Assembly (NCBI GenBank): GCA_963740455.1
Contig: CAVUEF010000012.1
Coordinates: 148,298 to 212,297, forward strand
Direction: 5' to 3'
Length of the DNA stretch: 64,000 bases
DNA from: an uncultured beta proteobacterium
GTDB taxonomy: Bacteria > Pseudomonadota > Gammaproteobacteria > Burkholderiales > Burkholderiaceae_C
Part shown: in pieces, positions 28,208 through 38,250 of the stretch
Layout of the letters: each line of letters begins with the position of its first letter
Numbering within the stretch: position 1 is the stretch's first letter
Notes under the pieces: generated by a model
Databases searched by the model: none
Told to the model about the DNA's origin: nothing
What the model saw: only the letters and a program-made list of their open reading frames with translations
Made by a program: the position numbers and the translations under genes

Positions 28208-29233
28208 TCAGCTTTCTTTCAGGCGCAGACCGGTTTTCTTGAGGATGGCGCTGGAGTAAAGGATATCGTGCGCGCGGCAGGCGTCGCCGAGCAGGGCGCG
28301 AATCTGCATTGCCGCGATCTCGACTTCCTCGCGGCTGCGGCCGTGCAGCATCGCGAACAGGTTGTAGCGCCACTGCGGCAGTCTGCGTGGGCGTCGATAA
28401 CAGTGGCTCACCCCCGGCAGCGCGCCGACCTGCTCGCCCAAGGCATCGACCTGCGTGTCGTCGACATCCCATACCGTCATGCCGTTGGCGCTGAAGCCGA
28501 GCCGGTAATGGTTGGGCACGGCGCCGATGCGCCGCACCACGCCCTCGGCCAGCAGGCGTGCAAGACTCTCACGCACCACCGTGCCCGACACCCCGAGCAT
28601 GGCGCCGACCGCCTCGAAAGGACGCTCGACGAGCGGCAGTCCGCCTTGCGTGGTGGCGATCAAAGCACGCTCGAATTCACTGAGCGAGAAAGTGGTTTCA
28701 ACCCTGGGCCGGGCCAAGGCGGGGGCGGGTTGCTGCGCGCGCAGCTGCGGCGCAGGCGCCCCGTCCACCGGCAAGCGCAACTCGACAAAGAATTCGCGCT
28801 CCTTCGGGAACGCCAGCACCGGCAGGCCGATTTCGACCTCGATCGCGGCAAGCACCGCGTCGACTTCGTCCGCGCGCTCGGTGGCAAGCACAAACCACAT
28901 GTTCAGCTCGTGTTCGCGCCGGTAGTTGTGGGCCACCTCGGGCCAGGCATTGACGCGACGGGTGACGTCATCGAAGCGTGCTTCGGGCACGGCCACGGCG
29001 GCCAGCACGAAGCGTCCGCCCGCACGTTCGATCTGGTAGAGCGGGCCGAAGCGCGACAGCATGCCGCTCGCCACCAGGCCGTGCAGACGCCCGATCAGCA
29101 TCTCCTCGCTCAGGCCCAATGCGTCTGCCATGTCGGCAAACGGCCGGTCGCTCAGCGGCAAGCCGCCGTGCAGCGCGTCAATCAGCTGCGCGTCGCTCAG
29201 TGGTGGCGCCAGGTCGGCGTCAACTCGCAGCAT
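28208..29233 (-). CDS. nirGH: fused NirG-NirH siroheme decarboxylase subunits (AsnC/Lrp-like)
   Basis: 342 aa starting MLRVDADL. Two tandem Lrp/AsnC-like halves (..HNYRREHELNMWFVL.. and ..HCYRRPRRLPQWRYNLFAMLH..). Confidence 0.8.
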   Translation of the reverse strand: MLRVDADLAPPLSDAQLIDALHGGLPLSDRPFADMADALGLSEEMLIGRLHGLVASGMLSRFGPLYQIERAGGRFVLAAVAVPEARFDDVTRRVNAWPEVAHNYRREHELNMWFVLATERADEVDAVLAAIEVEIGLPVLAFPKEREFFVELRLPVDGAPAPQLRAQQPAPALARPRVETTFSLSEFERALIATTQGGLPLVERPFEAVGAMLGVSGTVVRESLARLLAEGVVRRIGAVPNHYRLGFSANGMTVWDVDDTQVDALGEQVGALPGVSHCYRRPRRLPQWRYNLFAMLHGRSREEVEIAAMQIRALLGDACRAHDILYSSAILKKTGLRLKES

Positions 29234-30257
29234 GCGACAACTCCTGAGCGAGCGACTCGCCCTGCCCCGCCGACGCAGACCAGGCGTCGGGCAGTTCGCG
29301 AAAGCGCCGCCCGCCGATCTGCTTGAAGCGTTTACGCGAGAACAGCATGGCACGCGGATGGTCTTGCAGCCCGCAGCCCGGGATGGCGCGCTCGAGCACG
29401 GCGCGCACGCTGTCGCGGTCGCGGCCATGCACCATGCAATAGAGGTTGTACGGCCAGCCAGGGGCGCGCTCGCGCCGGTAGGCCAGCGTGACGCCGGCTT
29501 CGCGTGCCAGCGCCATGCCGCAGGCATCGACGCGTGCGTCGGGCACATCGAATACCGTCATCGCATTCGCGGCAAAACCGAGCTCATGGTGGCGCACGAT
29601 GGCGCCAAAGCGGCGCAGCGTGCCGTGCTCGAGCCAGCGCTCGAGCGTGCGCATGACGGCGTCGGAGCTGCTGCCCAGTGCTTGCGCCCAGGCATCGAAA
29701 GGCCGCGCTATCAGCGGCAAGCCCTCTTCCACCAAGGCCGCCAGCGCCCATTCTTCGTCGGCCACCGGTGCCGGCGCGGCCGAGTGCGCAGCGCCTTGCC
29801 CGGCCGTGCTGTGGCGCAGGTCGAAACCGAGGTCGATGCGATAGGCGCGCTCCATGCGCAGCCGCAAGGCGGGCAGCCCGGTCGTCGCTTCGAGCTGCCG
29901 CATGGCTGCCTCGACGCACTGGGCATCGCGTCCGGTCATGACAAACCAGAGATTGAAATGATGTTCGCGTTCGTAGTTGTGGTTCACGCCAGGATGCAAG
30001 GACACCATGGCGGCCACCGCGTCCAGACGATCGACCGGCACCGCCATGGCCGACAGCAGCGCCGCGCCGCCCGTGCCCGCGCCGAATACGCCGCCGATGC
30101 GGCTCAAGGCGCCCTCGGCCAGCAGCTCGCGATAGGCTGCCATCACTTGCTGCGCAGGCATTGCCTGCACTGCAGCGATGTGCTCGAACGGTTCGCGCAG
30201 CAGCGGAAAGTCGCGCTGCCAGTTGTTGAGCAGTGCCAGGCGGGCAGCGTGGTGCAT
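29220..30257 (-). CDS. nirDL: fused NirD-NirL siroheme decarboxylase subunits (AsnC/Lrp-like)
   Basis: 345 aa starting MHHAARLALLNNWQRDFPL. Two tandem halves (..NHNYEREHHFNLWFVM.. and ..LAYRRERAPGWPYNLYCMVH..). 14-nt overlap with nirGH. Confidence 0.8.
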   Translation of the reverse strand: MHHAARLALLNNWQRDFPLLREPFEHIAAVQAMPAQQVMAAYRELLAEGALSRIGGVFGAGTGGAALLSAMAVPVDRLDAVAAMVSLHPGVNHNYEREHHFNLWFVMTGRDAQCVEAAMRQLEATTGLPALRLRMERAYRIDLGFDLRHSTAGQGAAHSAAPAPVADEEWALAALVEEGLPLIARPFDAWAQALGSSSDAVMRTLERWLEHGTLRRFGAIVRHHELGFAANAMTVFDVPDARVDACGMALAREAGVTLAYRRERAPGWPYNLYCMVHGRDRDSVRAVLERAIPGCGLQDHPRAMLFSRKRFKQIGGRRFRELPDAWSASAGQGESLAQELSHAAS

Positions 30258-30261
30258 GTGC

Positions 30262-31446
30262 CTAGAACCCGATGCGCGCGGCGCGCGAGGTAAGGAAGAT
30301 GCCGCTGGGCCCGGCCACCAGCAGCGTCGCCAGGGTCTGGAAGTTGCGCGTGTCGATCGCAACAATGTGGTCGGCGTCGCGTGCGCTGATCCATACCGCT
30401 TCGCCACGCGGCGTGAACTCCATGTGCAGCACCGCCTTGCCCGGCGACAGCGTGCGCACAACCTGGTGCGTCAAGGTGTCGATGACTTGCACGCGGTCGT
30501 AGTCGGGTACCGCGAAATTGACCCAGACTTGCCGCCCGTCGGGCTGCGCCATCACGAACACCGGCTGGCCGGCGACCTTAATGCGGGCCACTTCAAGCCA
30601 GGTCTGCGTGTCCACCACCAGCACTTCATGGTGACCGATGGCCGGCAGATAGACATAGCGCCCTGCCACCGACCAGCCACGCAGATGCGGCATCTTGAAC
30701 ACCGGCAAAGCCACCTCGCCCTTGCCATAACCGTCCAGGATGCGGCGCGCCTTGGGCACTGGCGCCCACAGGTCGACCAGCGCCAGGCCGTCCTCGCCGA
30801 ACAGTCCGGCGATGTAGTAGCGCCCATCGGGCGTGACCAGCGCGTCGTACGGCTGGCGGCCGATGTCGCTCAGTCGCGTGATCTTGGGCGCGCTCACATC
30901 CGACAGATCGGCGATCCAGATCGCGTTGCCATCGAACAGGCTGAATGCAAAACGCTGGCCCGGCAGATCGACCAGACCGACCACGCGCGACAACTTGCCC
31001 GGTGCGTACTCGGCGGGAATGTCTGCCACCAGTGCGAGTGTCTTGGCGTCAAACACCTTGACACCACCGGGCTGGTAATTCTGTGCAGCCACCAGCGTGC
31101 CGTCCGACGAGATCGCACCGCCGATAGAGTTGCCGGCCTGCATGATGCGTGCCTCGATGCGGCGCGTCAGCAAATTCACCTTGGTGAGACCTCCATCGCG
31201 GCCAAAGACATAGGCGACCGCGCCATCGCGCGAAAACACCACCGACGCGTGCGACAAGTCGCCCAGGCCGGTGACTTCGCCCAGCAGCGCGCGCGAACTG
31301 GTGTTGATCAGCGCCAGCGTGCCGCTGCCTCGTTCGATCACGACGCCCAGGTCGCCGGTGCCCACCGGCGACACCGTCATGCAGCCGGGCAGCAAGGCCG
31401 CGGTCGTCGATGCCGCCAGCAATGTCAGCAGTTCACGGCGCTTCAT
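30262..31446 (-). CDS. nirF: heme d1 biosynthesis protein NirF (cd1-propeller-like lipoprotein)
   Basis: Start MKRRELLTLL. Lipobox LLPGC. d1-type propeller without a heme c motif. ATGA overlap with the nirC stop. Confidence 0.85.
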   Translation of the reverse strand: MKRRELLTLLAASTTAALLPGCMTVSPVGTGDLGVVIERGSGTLALINTSSRALLGEVTGLGDLSHASVVFSRDGAVAYVFGRDGGLTKVNLLTRRIEARIMQAGNSIGGAISSDGTLVAAQNYQPGGVKVFDAKTLALVADIPAEYAPGKLSRVVGLVDLPGQRFAFSLFDGNAIWIADLSDVSAPKITRLSDIGRQPYDALVTPDGRYYIAGLFGEDGLALVDLWAPVPKARRILDGYGKGEVALPVFKMPHLRGWSVAGRYVYLPAIGHHEVLVVDTQTWLEVARIKVAGQPVFVMAQPDGRQVWVNFAVPDYDRVQVIDTLTHQVVRTLSPGKAVLHMEFTPRGEAVWISARDADHIVAIDTRNFQTLATLLVAGPSGIFLTSRAARIGF

Positions 31447-31784
31447 GGTCTTGCCCTCATCGGTTCTTCGGGAAAGCCCAGGGCGAGTTGCTGTGCAATC
31501 CACTGGGCGTCGGCCTGGCTGAGCAATGTGCGCCAGGGCGGCATCGGCGTGCCCGGCCGACCATGGTAAATCGTCGCAGCCAGCGACTCGACGGGTTTGT
31601 CTGCCAGCGCCTCGCGCGTCAGCGCGGGTCCGAGTCCCCCCGTCAGCCGCATGCCGTGGCAGGCGCCACAGTCCTGCCGCACCATGCGCGTCAACGTGCG
31701 TTGGCGCTCGACGGCGGGCGCACTGTCGGCGGCGTGCGCAACTGCGACGCCAAGCAAGAGCAGCGCCGCGAGCTTGCGCATCAT
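31443..31784 (-). CDS. nirC: cytochrome c55X NirC
   Basis: 113 aa starting MMRKLAALLLL. Signal peptide, CGACHG heme c motif, position between nirM and nirF. Confidence 0.8.
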   Translation of the reverse strand: MMRKLAALLLLGVAVAHAADSAPAVERQRTLTRMVRQDCGACHGMRLTGGLGPALTREALADKPVESLAATIYHGRPGTPMPPWRTLLSQADAQWIAQQLALGFPEEPMRARP

Positions 31785-31786
31785 GG

Positions 31787-32098
31787 TTAGGATTTGAGAA
31801 TCAGCTCGATCGCGGCTTTCAGATCGGCATCGCTGATCTTGTCGACCGGATTGGGCGCCATCGGAATCGGGCCGAACGTGCCCGAGCCGCCCGAGCGGAC
31901 CTTGGCCATCAGCTTGGCCATCACGTCCTGGCCCTTGTACTTGGCGGCAATGTCCTTGAACGCCGGGCCGACAATTTTCTTGTCCTTTGAATGGCAGGCC
32001 ATGCAGCCGGCCTTGGTCATGGCTTCTTCGGTGCTGGCCCAGGCGCCGGCGCTTGCCAGCGCCAGCGACGCGGCGATGATCAGAGAGGTCTTCTTCAT
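31787..32098 (-). CDS. nirM: cytochrome c551/c552 (class I c-type), NirM
   Basis: 103 aa. Signal peptide, CMACHS motif, distal Met region (GPIPMAPN). Confidence 0.85.
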   Translation of the reverse strand: MKKTSLIIAASLALASAGAWASTEEAMTKAGCMACHSKDKKIVGPAFKDIAAKYKGQDVMAKLMAKVRSGGSGTFGPIPMAPNPVDKISDADLKAAIELILKS

Positions 32099-32168
32099 GC
32101 GGAAATCCTTTGAAAATCCAGTCAGGGGAGCAGGGCGTGCCGAGTGTAGCGGCGAAGCACTTGCGTTC

Positions 32169-32213
32169 GCCCGACCGACTCGAGTCCGTGGCAGTCACGG
32201 CCTCAAGTCGGGC
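32169..32213 (-). terminator. intercistronic stem-loop between nirS and nirM (possible attenuator or mRNA-stabilising hairpin)
   Basis: Outer stem GCCCGAC/GTCGGGC enclosing CCGTG..CACGG and the GACTCGAGTC palindrome. No clear U-tract. Confidence 0.3.
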
Positions 32214-32228
32214 TGAGCTTCAGCAATC

Positions 32229-33992
<1,764 letters not shown>

Positions 33993-34036
33993 TCAATACT
34001 GGCTGCGATGGTCAGCCAGACACGGCATCGCCGTCC

Positions 34037-34050
34037 TTGAACCAGTTCAA
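34037..34050. promoter_or_regulatory. FNR/Dnr/NnrR-type binding site in the nirS-nirE divergent promoter region
   Basis: Perfect palindrome TTGAACCAGTTCAA (TTGA-N6-TCAA). Centred 84 nt upstream of the nirS ATG and 65 nt upstream of the nirE ATG. Confidence 0.75.
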
Positions 34051-34108
34051 GGACCCATGCACCTTAGGCCTGAACAATGCGCCAATGCCATCAGAAGGAC
34101 TCGAGCGA

Positions 34109-34933
34109 ATGAGTGTGATCAACGAACCGCTGCGCTTTGATGCGCCAACGCTCATGCCGCGCCCGGCCAAGGTGACGCTGGTGGGCGCCGGGCCGGGCGA
34201 TCCCGAGCTCTTGACGATCAAGGCCGCCAAGGCGCTGGAAGCGGCGACGCTGGTGCTGATCGACCATTTGGTGGGACCGGAGGTGCTGGAGCTCGTCCCT
34301 GCGTCGGCCCGGCGCATCTATGTCGGCAAGGAGTCCGGCCACCACAGCATGCCGCAGCAGGCCATCATCGAGCTGATGATAGATCTCGCCCGCAGCGGCA
34401 AGCCGGTGTTGCGGCTCAAAGGAGGTGACCCCTACATCTTTGGCCGCGGCGGTGAAGAGGCCCAGGCGCTGGCCGGCGCCGGCGTGCCGTTCGAAGTGAT
34501 CCCCGGCATCAGCGCGGCGCAGGGCGCTGCGGCGCTCGCCGGCATACCGCTGACGCACCGCGACCATGCCTGCTCGCTGGTGCTGACGACCGGGCATTTG
34601 CGCGGCGAAGGCGCCAAGCGCGGCGTCGATCTCGACTGGGGGCTGTTGGCCCGCCCCAACCAGACGGTGGTGGTCTATATGGGTGTGGCCACGCTGCCGG
34701 TGATCTGCCGCGAACTGGTCGCGCATGGCTTGCCCGCCGCCACACCGGCAGCGACCGTGGAGCGCGCCACGCGCGCCGACCAACGCACGGTGGTGGGCAC
34801 CCTGGCCACGCTGCCCGGGCTGGCTCTCGCGCATGACGTGAAGTCACCGGCGCTGATCATCATCGGCGGCGTGGTGTCGCTGCACGCGACGCTGGGATCA
34901 TCTGCTGTCGAGCAGCGACTGGCCGCGCCCTGA
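34109..34933 (+). CDS. nirE: uroporphyrinogen-III C-methyltransferase (NirE/CobA)
   Basis: GAGPGDPELLT motif and RLKGGDPYIFGRGGEE. Start ATG 34109 is preceded by GAAGGA (alternative ATG 34085). Divergent from nirS. Confidence 0.9.
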   Translation: MSVINEPLRFDAPTLMPRPAKVTLVGAGPGDPELLTIKAAKALEAATLVLIDHLVGPEVLELVPASARRIYVGKESGHHSMPQQAIIELMIDLARSGKPVLRLKGGDPYIFGRGGEEAQALAGAGVPFEVIPGISAAQGAAALAGIPLTHRDHACSLVLTTGHLRGEGAKRGVDLDWGLLARPNQTVVVYMGVATLPVICRELVAHGLPAATPAATVERATRADQRTVVGTLATLPGLALAHDVKSPALIIIGGVVSLHATLGSSAVEQRLAAP

Positions 34934-34942
34934 GGCGATGAC

Positions 34943-36850
34943 TCAGCCTTGAGGCGGCGCAGCCGACGGCAAGAACGCATCCGAAAAGCACATGTCGTCG
35001 CCGAGCCCGTGCGCGATGAAGGTCGGCACCGCCGCCTCGACCATCTTGACTGAGCCGCACACATAGACCTCGAACCCGCGCATGTCGGGAAAGTCGGCCA
35101 GCATGGCCTCGTGGACCAACCCGCGCCGTCCGGTCCATGCATCAAGCGGTTCGGCATCCGAGAGCACCGGCACGAAATGGAAGTTGGCATGCTCGCGCTG
35201 CCACTGTTCGGCAAGTTCGACCATGTACAGATCTTGCGGACGACGCGCGCCCCAGTAGAGCCACATCGGCCGCGTCAAGCCGCGCTGGAACGCGTCTTCG
35301 ACAATGCTCTTGACCGGCGCAAAGCCGGTCGCACCCGCCACGAACAGGATAGTCCGCTCGCTCTCGCGCAAGGTGAAGTTGCCCAGCGGCCCTTCGAAGT
35401 GAAGCGCGTCGCCCACCTTCATGTCGGTGAACACATGGCCGGTGAACCGACCGCCCGGAATGCGCCGCACATGCAGCTCGATGCGATCATTGTGATGCGG
35501 CGCATTGGCGAACGAGAATGCGCGTCGCCGGCCGTCGTCGGGAACGATGTTGATGTACTGGCCGGCGACAAAATCAATGCGCTCGGCGCCGGGCAGCACA
35601 ACGGTGAGCCGGGTCAGATCTTCGGTGAGGCGCTCAATTCTCTCGATGCGCCCGACATGGGCGCGCGGCGTCTCCCGCACCGCGTCCATCTCGCCCGCCA
35701 CCTCGATTTCGAGGTCCGACAAAGGCGTGGCGCAGCACATCAAGGCCTTGCCTTGGGCGCGCTGACTGTCTGGCAAGGCAGCACGCTGGTAGGCGCCATG
35801 GTCGACGCTGCCGTGCGACACCGTGCACAGACACACGCCGCAGCCGCCGTTGCGGCACTCATAGGGCAGGTTCAGGCCTTCGCGCAAGCCGGCCTCGAGC
35901 AAGGTCTCGCCGGCGCGGATGGCGACGGGGTCTTGCCGGCCTTGCACCGTCATGCGGAACTCCCCTGCCTTGGCGCGCCTGAATTTCGGCGGAAGCCAGG
36001 GCAGCGCCGCGATCAGCAAGGTCGCTGCGCCGAGCAGCGCCCATACGTTTGCCAGCGGCCACACATAGAGCAGCGGAAACACCGTCAGGTAGAACCAGTC
36101 GAGTTGCAGCAGCGCCGGCGCGATGTCGAGCTGCGCCGCGCCGCCCTGGCTCAGCGCGGGCTTGATCAGCGACAGTGCCAGCAGCGTCAACGCCACGCTG
36201 ATCAGAATCGGTCGCGGCGGGAGCGTCTTGGCTTTGGGAACGCGCTGCACATGGATCCACATCAGCAGCAGCACGAGCAGCGGAATGCCGATATGCATGA
36301 ACGACAGCAGCGAGAAGAAGCGGTCGTTGACGCTGGTCGTGTAGATGAAGTTGCGCACCAAGCTGCCACCAAAACCGGGCAGCCAGTCGAGCCACTCGAA
36401 GCTGGCCACAATGACGAACTGCGCCAGCTGATCCCAGGGCAGCATATAGCCGTTGATGCCCGATATATAGACGCCCCAGATCAGCGCCACGCCGCTGACC
36501 CACGAGAACCAGCGAAAGCCGCGCATGCGGTTGAAGGCAAAGTGGCGCAGCATGTGCAGCAGCATCGTCAGCACCATCGCGTCCGAGGCATAGCGATGCA
36601 GGCTGCGCAAAATGCCGCCCGCGAACCACTGGCCGTGCGTCAAGGCCTCGACCGAGCCGTACGCGCCGGCCACACCGGTCTCGAAAAACGCATACAGGTA
36701 CAGCCCGCTGCCGGCCACCAGCCAGAACAGCGCAAAGCTGATCTCGCCCAGGTGGTACAGGGGATTGAGCCGGTCGCCAAAGGCGCGGTTGAAGAGCGCC
36801 TCGACACGCATGAAACACCACTGCAACAGCGACTGAAGGCGCGTCATCAT
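34943..36850 (-). CDS. fusion protein: diheme cytochrome b (bc1-type N-terminal domain) + [2Fe-2S] ferredoxin + FAD/NAD(P)H ferredoxin-reductase module
   Basis: 635 aa. Two bis-His pairs spaced 14 residues apart (RSLHRYASDAMVLTMLLHMLR; FMHIGIPLLVLLLMWIHVQR). Plant-type cluster motif CRNGGCGVC..CC. FNR motifs RAFSFAN, GPLGNF, AGATGFAP, YVCGS. ATGA overlap with the upstream gene. Confidence 0.8.
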   Translation of the reverse strand: MMTRLQSLLQWCFMRVEALFNRAFGDRLNPLYHLGEISFALFWLVAGSGLYLYAFFETGVAGAYGSVEALTHGQWFAGGILRSLHRYASDAMVLTMLLHMLRHFAFNRMRGFRWFSWVSGVALIWGVYISGINGYMLPWDQLAQFVIVASFEWLDWLPGFGGSLVRNFIYTTSVNDRFFSLLSFMHIGIPLLVLLLMWIHVQRVPKAKTLPPRPILISVALTLLALSLIKPALSQGGAAQLDIAPALLQLDWFYLTVFPLLYVWPLANVWALLGAATLLIAALPWLPPKFRRAKAGEFRMTVQGRQDPVAIRAGETLLEAGLREGLNLPYECRNGGCGVCLCTVSHGSVDHGAYQRAALPDSQRAQGKALMCCATPLSDLEIEVAGEMDAVRETPRAHVGRIERIERLTEDLTRLTVVLPGAERIDFVAGQYINIVPDDGRRRAFSFANAPHHNDRIELHVRRIPGGRFTGHVFTDMKVGDALHFEGPLGNFTLRESERTILFVAGATGFAPVKSIVEDAFQRGLTRPMWLYWGARRPQDLYMVELAEQWQREHANFHFVPVLSDAEPLDAWTGRRGLVHEAMLADFPDMRGFEVYVCGSVKMVEAAVPTFIAHGLGDDMCFSDAFLPSAAPPQG

Positions 36851-38250
36851 GGCAAGTTCCGGGTCGCAGCCGGGCGCCGCATCGCGCGAATCATGACGAC
36901 CACAAACAGCAGCCCGCCAACAATGGCCACCAGGCCGCCCAGGCCCATCAACCCCATGCCGGCGATCTCACCGAAGCCGCGCAGCACCTGCTCGGCGCCG
37001 GCCACCTTGCGCTGCACGCCATAGCCCCCCGACCAGACCAGGCCGGTGATATGCATCAGCTGGCCCACGCCGTAGACGCCGGGCTGCAAGGCCGCGAGGC
37101 GGCCGCTCGGCGCGGCGTAACCCAATTGCGGCAGCAAGTGATAAGCCAGGCCCATCAGCGCCAGCGTGACCCCGACGATGCAGCCGTGGTAATGCGCCGG
37201 AATGCGCACGTCGGCACCATTGATGAAGACGCCGATCAGCCCGCCCGACGCGAACAGCACGATGGACCAGATGAGTGCTGCGCGCAAGGCGCGGGTCGTC
37301 GTCTCGCTGCGCGGCATGGACGGCAGTGCCAGCACCACCGCCAAGGCAATCGGCACGATCGCCACGCCGCCGCCCAGGCGCATCGCCCAGGTCAGCAGAT
37401 TGCGGTGCTCGACCGACGCGATCGGGTAGGCGAGATAGGCGTAAGGCGTGACGAATACGCCCACCAGCGCCAGCACGAACATCAGCAAGGCGATGCGGGG
37501 GCTCAGCAGCAGCTTGGCGCCACACGCGCTGGCCAGCCACAGCCAGGCCACCAGCATCAGCAAGGTCCAGGTGAACTGGAGCGCATGCCCGCCGCCCCAG
37601 AACAGGACTTCGTAGTACATCTTGCCGACCAGCATCGGCGGCGTTGTCGCGAACGACCAGGCAAAGGCCAGCAAAGCCACCGCTGCCGAGACGGCGGCGG
37701 CATTCAGCCCGAAGTGCAGCACACCATCGCCGCCGAAGCCCAGGCCGAGCTTGGGCGCAGTGAACAAGCTGCGCAGCACGAGCACACCGGCGCCGAGCGC
37801 AAAAATCAGCAGGCCGGCCATGAACAGCGGGCGCTCAAGCACCGGGATGTAATTGGCCATGATGGGGTCGCCGTGCCCGATGAACGCCGCCAGCGCCATC
37901 AGGCTGGCACCCGTCCCGCTCAAGCCCAGAGCCGCCCAGCCCCAGGCCAGGCCGCGCGTCGATCCGTTCAGACTCCAGAGCAGCCCCGCCAGCGCCACAA
38001 ACCACACCAGCACCGACAGATCGACATGCACGACCAGCGCGACGCGAAAGAAATCCGCGCCGGGCAGGATCTGGTTGATGAGCGGCGTGCGCGACGCCAC
38101 CAGCAGCACCGAGAACAAGCCCGCGCCGATCAGCGCAATCAGTCCGAGCCACAACCAGGCGCGCGCCAGTTGACGCTGCGTGTCGCGCGGTACCGCCAGC
38201 GTGTACGGGTGGCCGTCGGCCAGTGAAGGGTCGAATGGAGTGGATGTCAT
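36847..38250 (-). CDS. highly divergent heme-copper-oxidase subunit-I-like 12-TM protein (stand-alone; NnrS-like alternative not excluded)
   Basis: 467 aa. Histidines at HCO-like spacing: H75 (VVHVD), H222 (FWGGGHALQF, compare cbb3 WWYGHNAVGF), E281-H282 where HCOs have HH, H353/H355 (AHYHG). ATGA overlaps at both ends. Confidence 0.5.
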   Translation of the reverse strand: MTSTPFDPSLADGHPYTLAVPRDTQRQLARAWLWLGLIALIGAGLFSVLLVASRTPLINQILPGADFFRVALVVHVDLSVLVWFVALAGLLWSLNGSTRGLAWGWAALGLSGTGASLMALAAFIGHGDPIMANYIPVLERPLFMAGLLIFALGAGVLVLRSLFTAPKLGLGFGGDGVLHFGLNAAAVSAAVALLAFAWSFATTPPMLVGKMYYEVLFWGGGHALQFTWTLLMLVAWLWLASACGAKLLLSPRIALLMFVLALVGVFVTPYAYLAYPIASVEHRNLLTWAMRLGGGVAIVPIALAVVLALPSMPRSETTTRALRAALIWSIVLFASGGLIGVFINGADVRIPAHYHGCIVGVTLALMGLAYHLLPQLGYAAPSGRLAALQPGVYGVGQLMHITGLVWSGGYGVQRKVAGAEQVLRGFGEIAGMGLMGLGGLVAIVGGLLFVVVMIRAMRRPAATRNLP

